A stretch of 64,000 nt of DNA from Candidatus Hydrogenedentota bacterium (GCA_963674865.2 CAXXYE010000002.1:1-64000), one strand, 5' to 3'; shown: positions 29,167 to 39,398, counted from the stretch's first letter. Notes: generated by a model not told the origin, from the letters alone. Numbers and translations are program-made.

Positions 29167-30262
29167 GGGACACAGGCTGGCCGGTTTCCGCGCGAAGGCG
29201 CGCGATCAATCGGCTGTAGAAGCGAAGATTATGGATCGTCGCGAGCCGGGCGGCGACGCCCTCGTCCGCGTTGAAAAGGTGATGCAGGTAGGCGCGCGAA
29301 TAGCGGCGGCAGCATAGGCAATCGCAGCCGTCCTCCACCGGCTCCTGATCGCCGGCGTGCTTCTCATCCTGCATGTACAGATGGCGATAGAAGCCGTCGC
29401 CGTCGAGCGCGACCCTGCTGGGATCGCCGTCGAACACGTAGAGCCGCTTGCGACGGGCGTCGCGCGTCGGGAGAACGCAGTCAAAAAGGCGATAGCCGGC
29501 GCGAAAGGCCTGTGCCAGATTATGCGGCTTGCCGATGCCGAGCCCGAACTTGGGGAGGTGGCTGGGAACCAGGCTGGCGGTGAGAGCCACCATCTCGCTG
29601 GCGCGCCCCTCCTCGTCCACGGGCCAGCCGCCGTAGCCGTACCCGTCGAAGCCAATCTCCAGGAGTTGCTCGGCGCATTGCCGCCGCAGCTCGGGATTCG
29701 CGCCGCCTTGAATCACCGCGAAGAGGAGCGGCGCGCGCGCGTCAGGGCCGCGGCGCTCCATCAGCTTGGTGAATTCCGCCTTGCAGCGTTGCCCCCAGCC
29801 GACGGTAAGCGCCACGCTCTCGCGCTGGCGCTCCTCATCAGCTTCGAGCGAAGTGCAGCAGTCAAGACAGAACATGATGTCCGAGCCAAGCTGGAACTGC
29901 CGCTGGATGCATTTCTCGGGCGTGAGCATCTTCTTCGAGTGGCCCTTGTCCAGGCGGTAGGAAAAGCCCTTCGGCGAAACGCTTCCCATGCCCGGACGGC
30001 CCTCGATAAGCGAGAGCACTTGGAATCCGCCCGAGTCCGACGCAACGACGCCCGGCCATCCCATGAAGCGATGAACACCCCCGAGGCGCGCCACCCGTGA
30101 CGTCCCAGGCCGCGTCGACAGGTGCAGCATATTCACCATAATGGCCTCGATGCCCGAGGCGGCAACATCCTCCGCATCGAGCGAGCGCACAACGGCCCGC
30201 GTACCGTCCGGCAGAAAAGCAGGCAAGGCCAAGCGGCCGTGGCCCGTCTCCAGGCCCCTCAC
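29156..30262 (-). CDS. tgt: tRNA-guanine transglycosylase family protein (divergent)
   Basis: DSGGFQV, LDCC, VIQGG, FDCVLPTR, Zn site CDCLCC...HN. Confidence 0.9.
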   Translation of the reverse strand: MRGLETGHGRLALPAFLPDGTRAVVRSLDAEDVAASGIEAIMVNMLHLSTRPGTSRVARLGGVHRFMGWPGVVASDSGGFQVLSLIEGRPGMGSVSPKGFSYRLDKGHSKKMLTPEKCIQRQFQLGSDIMFCLDCCTSLEADEERQRESVALTVGWGQRCKAEFTKLMERRGPDARAPLLFAVIQGGANPELRRQCAEQLLEIGFDGYGYGGWPVDEEGRASEMVALTASLVPSHLPKFGLGIGKPHNLAQAFRAGYRLFDCVLPTRDARRKRLYVFDGDPSRVALDGDGFYRHLYMQDEKHAGDQEPVEDGCDCLCCRRYSRAYLHHLFNADEGVAARLATIHNLRFYSRLIARLRAETGQPVSHGQ

Positions 30263-30981
30263 GGCCCATCTCCCGCGTCATCGTCCGGAGACTTGGCAAA
30301 CTTGGGATGATTGCCCGCGATGACGACGGTGATCTCGCCCTTGACCTTCACATCCCGGAACTCCCCCGCCAAGTCCTTGAGAAAACCGTGATGGACCTCC
30401 TCGAACTTCTTCGTAAGCTCCACACACACGGCCGCGCGGCGATCGCCGAGCACCTCGTAGGCATCGTCAAGGAACTTACCGATGCGGAAGGGCGACTCAT
30501 AGAACACGAGCGTATGAGGCGCATCACGCTCCATCTCGACGAACCGCTTGCGAGGCCCCGGCTTTCGCGGCGGGAATCCCTTGAAGGTATAGCTCGACGT
30601 GGGCAATCCGGAAGCAAGAAGGGCCGTCGTGGCCGCGCTCGCACCGGGAATCACGTCTACCGCGTAGCCTGCCTCGACACACGCGGCGATGATGCGGTAA
30701 CCGGGATCGCTTATCCCCGGGCACCCGGCGTTCGTACTGAGGGCGACATCAGATCCTTGCTCAAGCAGGCCAAGGATACGGGCGCCCGCCTTCTCCTCGT
30801 TGTGCTCGTGGTAGGAGAGGATGTTCTTCGGCCGCGGGATATCGTAGCGCTCGAAAATGATGCGCGTGTGGCGCGTGTCCTCGCAGGCCAGCACGTCCAC
30901 CTCGCCCAGGAGTCTCACGGCGCGGTATGAGATATCTTCAAGATTGCCGATGGGCGTCGCTACGACGTATAACCTGGCCAT
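30259..30981 (-). CDS. rsmI: 16S rRNA C1402 2'-O-methyltransferase
   Basis: LYVVATPIGNLEDIS, EDTR, ISDPG, FYESPFR, ELTKKFEE, KGE. Confidence 0.96.
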   Translation of the reverse strand: MARLYVVATPIGNLEDISYRAVRLLGEVDVLACEDTRHTRIIFERYDIPRPKNILSYHEHNEEKAGARILGLLEQGSDVALSTNAGCPGISDPGYRIIAACVEAGYAVDVIPGASAATTALLASGLPTSSYTFKGFPPRKPGPRKRFVEMERDAPHTLVFYESPFRIGKFLDDAYEVLGDRRAAVCVELTKKFEEVHHGFLKDLAGEFRDVKVKGEITVVIAGNHPKFAKSPDDDAGDGP

Positions 30982-31031
30982 CTTGCCTCCCGACTCTGTT
31001 GGCTCGGCCCGCAACGGGAACTTGCCAGAGA

Positions 31032-31075
31032 TAAAAGAAGGGCCGCGCAGCCCACAGTGCGCTTGCGCGGCCCTT
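31032..31075 (-). terminator. Intrinsic terminator after ilvC
   Basis: Stem aagggccgcgca/tgcgcggccctt followed on the minus strand by CTTTTAT. Confidence 0.65.
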
Positions 31076-31105
31076 GTTCAGACGTTGATGGTGGGAAGGC
31101 TCCTG

Positions 31106-32203
31106 CTAGCCCTTCCTACCGGCGATGCCCTTCGTGGACTTGGTGATGGCCTTCGCCTTCTCCTTGGGGCGCAAGCTGCGCACGGCCGCGCCGGCCTGCC
31201 ACATCTCCGAATCGCGCAGGGTCTTCAGTTCCTTGCCCAGGCGATCCTGATAGTCCTTCTTACCGCACGCGGAAATGACGCGTTTGGTTTCCTTGCCGTC
31301 CTTCACCGCCTTATAGAGTTCCTTGAACACCGGCATAACCGCCTTCTTGAACTTCGGTTTCCAATCCAAGGCCCCGCGCTGGGCCGTGGCAGAGCAATTC
31401 GAGAACATCCAGTCCATGCCGTTCTCATCGACAAGGCGGATAAGGCTCTGTGTAAGTTCCTCAACCGTTTCATTGAACGCTTCGCTCGGCGTGTGGCCCT
31501 GCTTCCGGAGAACGTCGTATTGAGCCTCCATCACGCCCGCCAGCGCGCCCATCAGGATGCCGCGCTCGCCCGTGAGGTCGCTGTACACTTCATGCTCGAA
31601 CGTCGTCGGGAACAGATAGCCCGAACCGATACCGATGCCGAGGGCAATGCACCGCTCCTCAGCGCGGCCCGTGGCGTCCTGGCCCACGGCATAGCTCGAA
31701 TTGATGCCCGCGCCCGAAAGGAAGTTGCGGCGCACCGACGTGCCCGAGCCCTTCGGCGCAACCATGAGCACATCCACGTCCTTCGGCGGGATGACCTTCG
31801 TCTGATCCTTGTAGACAATGGAGAATCCGTGGGAAAAGTAGACGGCGTCGCCCGGATTCAGGCACTTCTTGATCGTCGGCCACACGGTGCGCTGCGCCGC
31901 ATCGCTCACAAGCATTTGGATAACGGTGCCCCGCTCGGCGGCCTCTTTGATATCGAAGAGCGTCTTCCCCGGCTTCCAGCCATCCTTCACCGCGCGATCC
32001 CAGTCCCGCTTGAACTCCTTCGATTGCCCGACAATAACATTGAAGCCGTTATCCTTGAGGTTCAGCGCCTGAGCGGGCCCCTGGACGCCGTAACCGATGA
32101 TGGCGATGACCTCATTCTTGAGGACCCGGCGGGCCTTGGCGAGTGAGAACTCCTTACGTGTGACGACCGTCTCTTTGACGCCGCCGAAATCGATGCGTGC
32201 CAT
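31106..32203 (-). CDS. ilvC: Ketol-acid reductoisomerase
   Basis: IIGYGVQGPAQALNLKD, FSHGF, APKGSG, SDLTGERGILMG, CSATAQRGALDW. Confidence 0.96.
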   Translation of the reverse strand: MARIDFGGVKETVVTRKEFSLAKARRVLKNEVIAIIGYGVQGPAQALNLKDNGFNVIVGQSKEFKRDWDRAVKDGWKPGKTLFDIKEAAERGTVIQMLVSDAAQRTVWPTIKKCLNPGDAVYFSHGFSIVYKDQTKVIPPKDVDVLMVAPKGSGTSVRRNFLSGAGINSSYAVGQDATGRAEERCIALGIGIGSGYLFPTTFEHEVYSDLTGERGILMGALAGVMEAQYDVLRKQGHTPSEAFNETVEELTQSLIRLVDENGMDWMFSNCSATAQRGALDWKPKFKKAVMPVFKELYKAVKDGKETKRVISACGKKDYQDRLGKELKTLRDSEMWQAGAAVRSLRPKEKAKAITKSTKGIAGRKG

Positions 32204-32454
32204 AATCTCTCCTCCACTTAGGTGTGATCTGGGAAAATCAGTTCAGCCTGCCGGCCTGTGCCGGGTGCTCACAGAATCCTGTAGTCATGCGCATTCCGGC
32301 CCGTAACGAGAAGCCCGTCAGGTTCAGATCCCGCAACAACCCACGAGCTTACCACTCCAACCCCGCCCATATCAATGCCTTGCCCGAGCTCAAAACACCC
32401 TCTGAGTCCCGCCGACAGAGATCCTCCGCCCGGAATCTGAGGCCTGTCCTCTAT

Positions 32455-35400
32455 GATCCCTCGTTTGAGATCCGCCATTTCAAATCTGCAATTCCCCTAT
32501 GCCATTCCGTCAATCCTTCCAGAGAATGGGCGAGGCGCCCATTGCCTCCCATAATCGCTCCCCCTCTGCGTGCCTCCGCGATCTCCGCTCCTCTGCGTTC
32601 AAAATCCTCCAATCCTTAGCCGCAACGCTCGCGGGACTCCCCCGTCCATACTCTCAATCCTGTTCATCCTGTCCAGAAAAAGGGAAAACCATTCACCAAT
32701 TTCCATCTGCGTCTATCGGTGTCCATCGGTGGCTTCACTCCCCCCTCCCACTTCCCCTTTCTCGCCGCTCAAGCGTCTATAAGAAGCAGAAACACACAGA
32801 AGGCATATCCAACCATCATGAGGTGCGTGACTGTGAACACAGCCCCGCCGAGGCCATGGCGCGTTCCACCCCGCGGCGTGAGAAGATGGCTACATTCCGT
32901 AGCCCGCCGCGGCGGGAGGCATACGGCTCTTCATACACGTCGCGCTGCCGGCGTCGCCGCGTGCCTATGCATTGACCACGTCACCTATCCGTCCTATACT
33001 CGCGTATGTGTGCCGCCGTCGACGGGCAAGCACTGTCGCGGCTGCGTGGACAACCGGGGCGTTCCGGCGGGAAGACATGGCCGTTGACTTGGACTGACCA
33101 TGAGCCTATTGGGCCAGTTTACGCGAATCAACGCATTCACATAGAGGCACGGGATACCGGGGGAGGTACGAATCATGAGATGGTGGGCTTTGGTTTCTGT
33201 AGCGACGCTGTTCTTAGGGCCGACGGCCTCTGCCGCAGTCTGGTACGTCGATAAGGACAACACCTCGGGCTCTGAGAATGGCCTATCCTGGGCCACGGCA
33301 TTCAGCACCATACAACCTGCCATCGACGCTGCCTATGACGACGGCGGAGGGGAAGTGTGGGTGGCCGAGGGACTCTACGACGAACTGCGCCAGTCCCCTA
33401 TTGACGTGTATCCATACTCTGAGGATGAGTGGCTTGTTGACACCGGTTCGCTCCTCATGCGGGAACAGGTCGATCTCTATGGCGGATTCGAGGGCATCGA
33501 GGCCGAGCGTGCGTTACGTGATTGGGGCCGCCAGGCAACTGTCATCGACGGATCAGCGGCGCGCAGCGGCGAAGCGGCCTATCATGTCGTTGTTGGGGCA
33601 GACTCGGCGGCTCTGGATGGGTTCGTTATCACGGGGGGTAAGGCCGATAGCCAGGAGTTCGCCAGTCTGAAAACCGGCGGGGGCATGGCCATCTGGGGCT
33701 GCTCACCCACGCTCACTCACTGTGACTTTCTAAACAACACCGCCAAGAACGCAGCCGGCCTCGCGATAGCTGACTCTTCCTCGCAGATTACCTATTGCCG
33801 GTTTGCGGGCAACACCGCAGACGGTTATCCTGGTGGGGCCGTGAGCTGCGGTGGGTTCTGCACGGCAACCATCTCGTTCTGCACTTTTGAGGACAACACC
33901 GCCAGCTCCGGTGGCGCCATATACTCCGCCAACGCCAGTCCAGACATCACCATATCTGACTGTGCATTCGTCGGCAACCAGGCCCGGTACGGTGCAGTTC
34001 TTGCAACCTTCGGAGGAACGCTTAGATTCTCGCGTTGCGTCTTCCAAGGGAACGAGGCCGCAGCGCCTGAGCCTTACACCGGCGGCTCCGGAGGCGTTGC
34101 CGCGTTGCGATATTCGCACACGGAATTCGAGAACTGCCTGTTTCTTGGAAACTCCGCGGAAGTGGACGGAGGAGCCGTATACGGAGTAGGCGAGTATCTC
34201 AGCGAAGGGCCGGCGTGGACAACGTCCGTCTATCTGACGAACTGCACGTTCTACGGCAACACGGCGTCCAATGCGGGCGGGGCACTGCGCCTGGACGAGA
34301 TGGAGTATGACGTGCGCAATTGCATCTTCTGGAACGACACGCCCGACGAGATCGACTTGTCCGGCTCCTCCACCGGTTCGGTGACGTATTCCCTGGTGGA
34401 GGGCGGGCACACGGGCGAGGGCAATCTCTCCGATCCGCCCCTGTTCGTAGACGAGGCCAGTGGCGATTTCCACCTCAGAACCGCCTCGCCCGCCGTCGAC
34501 ACGGGAACGGACGAAGACGCCCCCGACGTGGATCTCGACGGCATCGCCCGGCCTCAGGGCGACGGCTTCGACATGGGCGCCTACGAATACGACGGCCCGC
34601 CCGTATTCACACTGACGCTGGCCTTGGAAGGGCAGGGAGACGTGGAGCCGGCCCCCGGCGAGTACACCTACACCGAGAATGATGTCGTCACCCTCGAAGC
34701 CACCCCTGCCGACGGCTGGCAATTCGATCACTGGGAAGGGGCTTTGACGGGCTCAACCAATCCAGCCGGCCTCACCATCACCAACGACAGCACCGTGATA
34801 GCCGTCTTCACGGAGTTCCCGACGTTCACGCTCACGATGGCCGCCCATGGATTGGGGGATGTGACGCCGCCCGTCGGCTACCACACCTACACGCAGGGCG
34901 ACATCGTCACCCTCGAAGCCACGCCCGCCGACGGCTGGTTATTCGATCACTGGGAAGGCGACCTGACAGGCTCAACGAATCCAGTCAACCTCACCATCAC
35001 CAACGACAGCACCGTTACGGCCGTCTTCACGGAGTTCCCGACGTTCACGCTGACGGTGGCCGCCCATGGCCTGGGGGATGTGACGCCGCCCGTGGGCTAC
35101 CACACCTACACGCAGGGCGACATCGTCACCCTCGAAGCCACGCCCGCCGACGGCTGGTTATTCGATCAGTGGGAAGGCGATCTGACGGGCTCCACCAATC
35201 CCACCGCCCTCACCATCACGGCTGATGCTACGGTTACGGCGGCGTTCGTTGAGATTCCCGCGTTCACCCTCACCGTCTCCGTCCAAGGGCAGGGAGACGT
35301 GGATCCGGCCCCCGGCGAATACACCTACACCGAGAATGATGTCGTCACCCTCGAAGCCACGGCGGCCGCAGGCTGGTTATTCGATCACTGGGAAGGCGCT

Positions 35401-36112
35401 CTGACAGGTTCAGCCAATCCGGTAGACTTCACCATCACCAGTGATGCCGCCGTAACGGCCGTATTCGAGCGTATTTGCCCGCTCCCCTACGGCTGCGCCG
35501 GAACCGCCGGGATGCTGCATGCCGCCCCTCGTACCTCCGCGTCCGCCGATGTCCTTTGCCTGGCCCTCATGCCCCTCGCCCTGCTCTTCCTCGCGCGTCG
35601 ACGCCGGATAGCGTCGGCCTATTCTAACCATCGCACGTGACAAGGCCCGTCCGATATATAGCGCGGGCATCGTTCCGGCTGTGGCGCAGGCATCTTGCCG
35701 GCTCCTATGTCGCGCCCCTCCAGGGCTTGAACGGTGTAATGCGACTCTTTCCCGGCGCGTTGCGCCGGGCTGGTATGCACGGCCCCTACAGGGCCGGGAC
35801 GCGGCCTTTGATAGCGCGGGCACCGTTCCGGTTGTGGCGCAGGCATCTTGCCTGCTTCGGTATCGCGTTCCTTCAGGCTCGAGTCCGCATGGGCGTGTCT
35901 ATGGAGATTGTACGAGGCTTGCGCGTTTTCAAGCTGAAGCTTGGAGTCCAAACGCGTCTCCGGTGATGGATTTGACTGGCCGGATGGGGCGTGGTGCGTC
36001 CGTGGCGCGGGGAGGGTTATGCCGCCCCTGACGGGGCTGGGTGTTGGAGATGCGAGCTTCTACCGCGGGCTGACGCCCGGGGCTAAACGCTTCCGCCCGC
36101 TATGGCGGGCTG
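32455..36112 (+). repeat. Right arm of the ~3.7 kb inverted duplication (partner 6550..10235)
   Basis: Direct comparison with the reverse complement of the left arm. Confidence 0.95.
33175..35640 (+). CDS. Paralog of 7021..9447: beta-helix surface protein with four InlB-B-like repeats (219 bp period) and C-terminal TM
   Basis: Identical signal peptide; ctcgaagcc recurs at 34693, 34912, 35131 and 35350; near-identical C-terminus. Confidence 0.9.
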   Translation: MRWWALVSVATLFLGPTASAAVWYVDKDNTSGSENGLSWATAFSTIQPAIDAAYDDGGGEVWVAEGLYDELRQSPIDVYPYSEDEWLVDTGSLLMREQVDLYGGFEGIEAERALRDWGRQATVIDGSAARSGEAAYHVVVGADSAALDGFVITGGKADSQEFASLKTGGGMAIWGCSPTLTHCDFLNNTAKNAAGLAIADSSSQITYCRFAGNTADGYPGGAVSCGGFCTATISFCTFEDNTASSGGAIYSANASPDITISDCAFVGNQARYGAVLATFGGTLRFSRCVFQGNEAAAPEPYTGGSGGVAALRYSHTEFENCLFLGNSAEVDGGAVYGVGEYLSEGPAWTTSVYLTNCTFYGNTASNAGGALRLDEMEYDVRNCIFWNDTPDEIDLSGSSTGSVTYSLVEGGHTGEGNLSDPPLFVDEASGDFHLRTASPAVDTGTDEDAPDVDLDGIARPQGDGFDMGAYEYDGPPVFTLTLALEGQGDVEPAPGEYTYTENDVVTLEATPADGWQFDHWEGALTGSTNPAGLTITNDSTVIAVFTEFPTFTLTMAAHGLGDVTPPVGYHTYTQGDIVTLEATPADGWLFDHWEGDLTGSTNPVNLTITNDSTVTAVFTEFPTFTLTVAAHGLGDVTPPVGYHTYTQGDIVTLEATPADGWLFDQWEGDLTGSTNPTALTITADATVTAAFVEIPAFTLTVSVQGQGDVDPAPGEYTYTENDVVTLEATAAAGWLFDHWEGALTGSANPVDFTITSDAAVTAVFERICPLPYGCAGTAGMLHAAPRTSASADVLCLALMPLALLFLARRRRIASAYSNHRT

Positions 36113-36216
36113 TCTAGGGGGAATGGCCGTGTTGCGCTGGCCGGTATGCGGCATCCTTTGGGGCGAGGGAAGGCCGGTGTTCGATGGCATAACGAAGGTG
36201 GGGGGGCGCGGGTGTG

Positions 36217-36890
36217 CTGTCACCCCTTCGGGGCTACGGATTGTTGGGGTCCTATGTCCGTGGGCTCGCTTCGCTCACTCACGGCTACATGCTGTCGCCC
36301 CTTCGGGGCTATCCGTGAGGTGCGTGCGGGTTCCGTGGGCTCGCTTCGCTCACTCACGGCTACATGCTGTCGCCCCTTCGGGGCTATCGGTGGGCGCGTG
36401 CGGGTTCCGTGGGCTTGCCTCGCTCACCCACGGTTACACACTGTCACCCCTTCGGGGCTATCCGTGAGGTGCGTGCGGGTTCCATGGGCTCGCTTCGCTC
36501 ACTCACTGCTACATGCTGTCGCCCCTTCGGGGCTATCCGTGAGGTGCGTGCGGGTTCCATGGGCTCGCTTCGCTCACTCACTGCTACATGCTGTCGCCCC
36601 TTCGGGGCTATCCGTGAGGTGCGTGCGGGTTCCGCGGGCTCGCTTCGCTCACTCACGGCTACATGCTGTCGCCCCTTCGGGGCTATCCGTGAGGTGCGTG
36701 CGGGTTCCGTGGGCTCGCTTCGCTCACTCACGGCTACATGCTGTCGCCCCTTCGGGGCTATCCGTGAGGTGCGTGCGGGTTCCATGGGCTCGCTTCGCTC
36801 ACGCACGGTTACACACTGTCGCCCCTTCGGGGCTATCGGTGGGGCGTGTGCGGGTTCCACGGGCTCGCTTCGCTCACCCACGGCTGCATG
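36217..36890. repeat. Tandem array of 9 REP-like 75 bp units (two hairpins per unit)
   Basis: ccgtgggctcgcttcgctcac(t/c)cacgg-type units start at 36258, 36333, 36407, 36482, 36557, 36632, 36707, 36782, 36857, interleaved with gccccttcggggc. Confidence 0.95.
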
Positions 36891-37139
36891 CGAGCGTCGC
36901 TTTGAAGCGCTGGGCATGGGTGCGTCATGCATGTTGCCGGGGGGGCGTATGTGCATGGGCCGGCTTTTGGATAAGCGGGATGTGGGTGTGGTAGGCTTAC
37001 TGGTGCATCGGGGAACTCGTGCTGAAGTCTGTCCGGGCCAAGAGGATACGCCGATGTGCCCGGTGAGTGGACTTCGGCAAGTGATGTCGTTTTCAGGCGC
37101 CGTGTGCGCGGCTCTGTCGCGTTATCCGGCGATGATAAG

Positions 37140-37634
37140 ATGCGCGTGCAGTTGAGTCTGGGCAGCAATGTCGGTGATCGTGAGGCGATCCTGGTTGCCG
37201 CTATGGAAGCGCTCGAGCAGGAGCCGGGCGTGTCGATTGCGGCGGCGTCGCATTGCTACGAGTCCGAGCCGGTCGGTATGCGCGAGCAGCCTGATTTCCT
37301 GAACCTAGCCGTGGAGATTGAGACGGATCTTGAGCCGCTTGAACTCCTTCGTCGGGTCAAGGATATCGAGCGCCGGCTGGGACGCACGCCGTCGGTCCGT
37401 TGGGGGCCGCGGGCAATTGACATCGACATTGTGCTGTGGGGCCGGCGGGCGTTGACGTCCGAGGAACTCACGCTTCCGCACGCGGCGTTCCGCGAACGGG
37501 CCTTTGTGCTCGCGCCGCTGGCGGAGATCGCGCCTGGTGCGGTCGATCCTGTTTCGGGGTTGACTGTCGCGGAATTGGCTGAACGGCCCGAGGCGCGCGG
37601 CAGGGTCGTCAGGAAAGCATTGCTGCGCCACTGA
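37140..37634 (+). CDS. folK: 2-amino-4-hydroxy-6-hydroxymethyldihydropteridine diphosphokinase
   Basis: LSLGSNVGDR, FLN, RWGPRAIDIDI, LPH...ERAFVLAPL. Confidence 0.96.
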   Translation: MRVQLSLGSNVGDREAILVAAMEALEQEPGVSIAAASHCYESEPVGMREQPDFLNLAVEIETDLEPLELLRRVKDIERRLGRTPSVRWGPRAIDIDIVLWGRRALTSEELTLPHAAFRERAFVLAPLAEIAPGAVDPVSGLTVAELAERPEARGRVVRKALLRH

Positions 37635-37728
37635 ACCGCTCCGCTTGGAGCCCAACTAGGGACCGGGACGGATGGGGCGGGCCGCTCGATGGCGGCTCAC
37701 CGGCGTCACGGTTCAGGAGGATTCGGCC

Positions 37729-38526
37729 ATGGCACGTGTTCGTACCACCTCCCTCCGGAAGCGTAAGCAGGAAGGCGAGCGAATCGCCATGCTTACGGCC
37801 TATGACTATCCAACGGCAAAGCTCATGGACGCCTGTGGCGTGGACGTGATCCTTATCGGGGATTCGTGCGCGGATAACGTGATGGGGCTAACGGATACGC
37901 TCGGGATCACCATGGACGATATGCTGCACCATGTGAAGATGGTGTCGCGCGGGGTCGAGAATGCCATGGTAGTGGCGGATATGCCGTTCCTGTCGTATCA
38001 GGTCTCGCCCGAGGAGGCGTTGCGCAATGCCGGGCGTTTCATCGCGCAGGGGGGCGCGCAGGCGGTTAAGCTCGAAGGCCCGGCGGACAAGTTCGGCGGG
38101 GCCATCCGGGCGATCGTTGACGCGGGTATTCCCGTTATGGGGCACATCGGATTTACGCCGCAGTCGGTCAACCAGATCGGCGGGTATAAGGTCCAGGGGC
38201 GCGGGGCTGATGCGGGGCGGCGTCTCAAGGAGGAGGCCCTTGGCCTTCAGGATGCGGGCTGCTTCGCGATTGTCCTCGAACTGGTAACCGCGGAGTCCGC
38301 CGCGGAGATTACGGAGATGTTGTCCATACCGACTATCGGCATCGGCTCCGGCGCCAAGTGCGATGGGCAGGTCTTGATCATGCACGACATGCTGGGGTTT
38401 GGCCGCGGCCTGAAGTTCGTGAAGGTGTTTGGTGACGTGAAGAGCGTGATGGAGCAGGCCTTCCGGGCGTATGTGGACGAGGTGAAGTCGGGGGCTTTTC
38501 CGACGAAGGAGCATGAACACCATTGA
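37729..38526 (+). CDS. panB: 3-methyl-2-oxobutanoate hydroxymethyltransferase
   Basis: MLTAYDY, IGDS, ADMPFLSY, MGHIGFTPQ, CDGQVL. Confidence 0.97.
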   Translation: MARVRTTSLRKRKQEGERIAMLTAYDYPTAKLMDACGVDVILIGDSCADNVMGLTDTLGITMDDMLHHVKMVSRGVENAMVVADMPFLSYQVSPEEALRNAGRFIAQGGAQAVKLEGPADKFGGAIRAIVDAGIPVMGHIGFTPQSVNQIGGYKVQGRGADAGRRLKEEALGLQDAGCFAIVLELVTAESAAEITEMLSIPTIGIGSGAKCDGQVLIMHDMLGFGRGLKFVKVFGDVKSVMEQAFRAYVDEVKSGAFPTKEHEHH

Positions 38527-39371
38527 AGGTAATCGATACACCTGATGAAATGCGTGCGTGGGCGCTGGCGCGGCGCTGCGAGAGAAAGAGCGTGGGGCTT
38601 GTCCCGACGATGGGGGCGCTGCATGAGGGGCACGCGAGCCTGATGCGGGCCTCCGCTGAACGGGATGATGTGTCGGTTGTGAGCGTTTTCGTCAATCCGA
38701 CGCAGTTCGCGCCGAATGAGGATTTCGACAAGTATCCGCGCACCTTCGAGACGGACTGCGCCCTCGCGGAGGAGATTGGGATGGACGCGGTGTATGCGCC
38801 CACCGCGAAGGCCATGTATCCCGAGGGCTACGCCACGTATGTCGAGGTGGAGCGGATTACGCAGCGCCTCTGCGGCGCATCGCGTCCGACGTTCTTTCGG
38901 GGAGTGGCGACGGTTGTCACGAAGCTGTTTGTGACGGTGCTGCCGCACCGGGCGTATTTCGGGCAGAAGGACGCGCAGCAGGCTGCCGTCATCCGCCGGA
39001 TGACGCGTGATTTGGACTTGGGCCTCGAGATCGTGGAACTGCCGATTGTCCGAGAGCCGGACGGCCTGGCTATGAGTTCCCGGAACAAGTACTTGAGCGT
39101 GGAGGAGCGGGAGCGGGCGTTGTGCCTGTCGCGGGCGCTATTCGAGGCCGAAGGGATGCTCGAACAGGGAGAACGCGACGCGGACGCGGTCGTCGCGGCG
39201 ACGCGGGATGGTATGCGAGAGGTCAAGATTGATTACGTCGAACTGGTCGACGCCGAGACGATTGAGCCGGTTGCGCGCGTTGCGGGAACCGTCTTGCTCG
39301 CCGTGGCGGCGTGGGTCGGTGAGACGCGGCTGATAGATAACATCAAATTCACGGTTTCGCCACAGGGGTGA
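38523..39371 (+). CDS. panC: Pantoate--beta-alanine ligase
   Basis: VPTMGALHEGH, FVNPTQF, FGQKDAQQ, GLAMSSRN, RLIDN. Confidence 0.97.
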   Translation: MKVIDTPDEMRAWALARRCERKSVGLVPTMGALHEGHASLMRASAERDDVSVVSVFVNPTQFAPNEDFDKYPRTFETDCALAEEIGMDAVYAPTAKAMYPEGYATYVEVERITQRLCGASRPTFFRGVATVVTKLFVTVLPHRAYFGQKDAQQAAVIRRMTRDLDLGLEIVELPIVREPDGLAMSSRNKYLSVEERERALCLSRALFEAEGMLEQGERDADAVVAATRDGMREVKIDYVELVDAETIEPVARVAGTVLLAVAAWVGETRLIDNIKFTVSPQG

Positions 39372-39398
39372 GCCGAGGTCGAAAGGAACGCGAGCGAC

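Noticed and set aside
7021..35640. Diversity-generating retroelement TR/VR pair
   Set aside because: No reverse transcriptase in the window; differences are not adenine-specific and include indels.
36217..36890. CRISPR array
   Set aside because: The would-be spacers are near-identical, units are double hairpins of a family also found at 41 kb, and no cas genes are present.
36102..37155. Repetitive ORFs over the 36 kb and 41 kb arrays and in the duplicated intergenic DNA
   Set aside because: Open frames result from stop-free repeat units; no RBS or protein-like composition.
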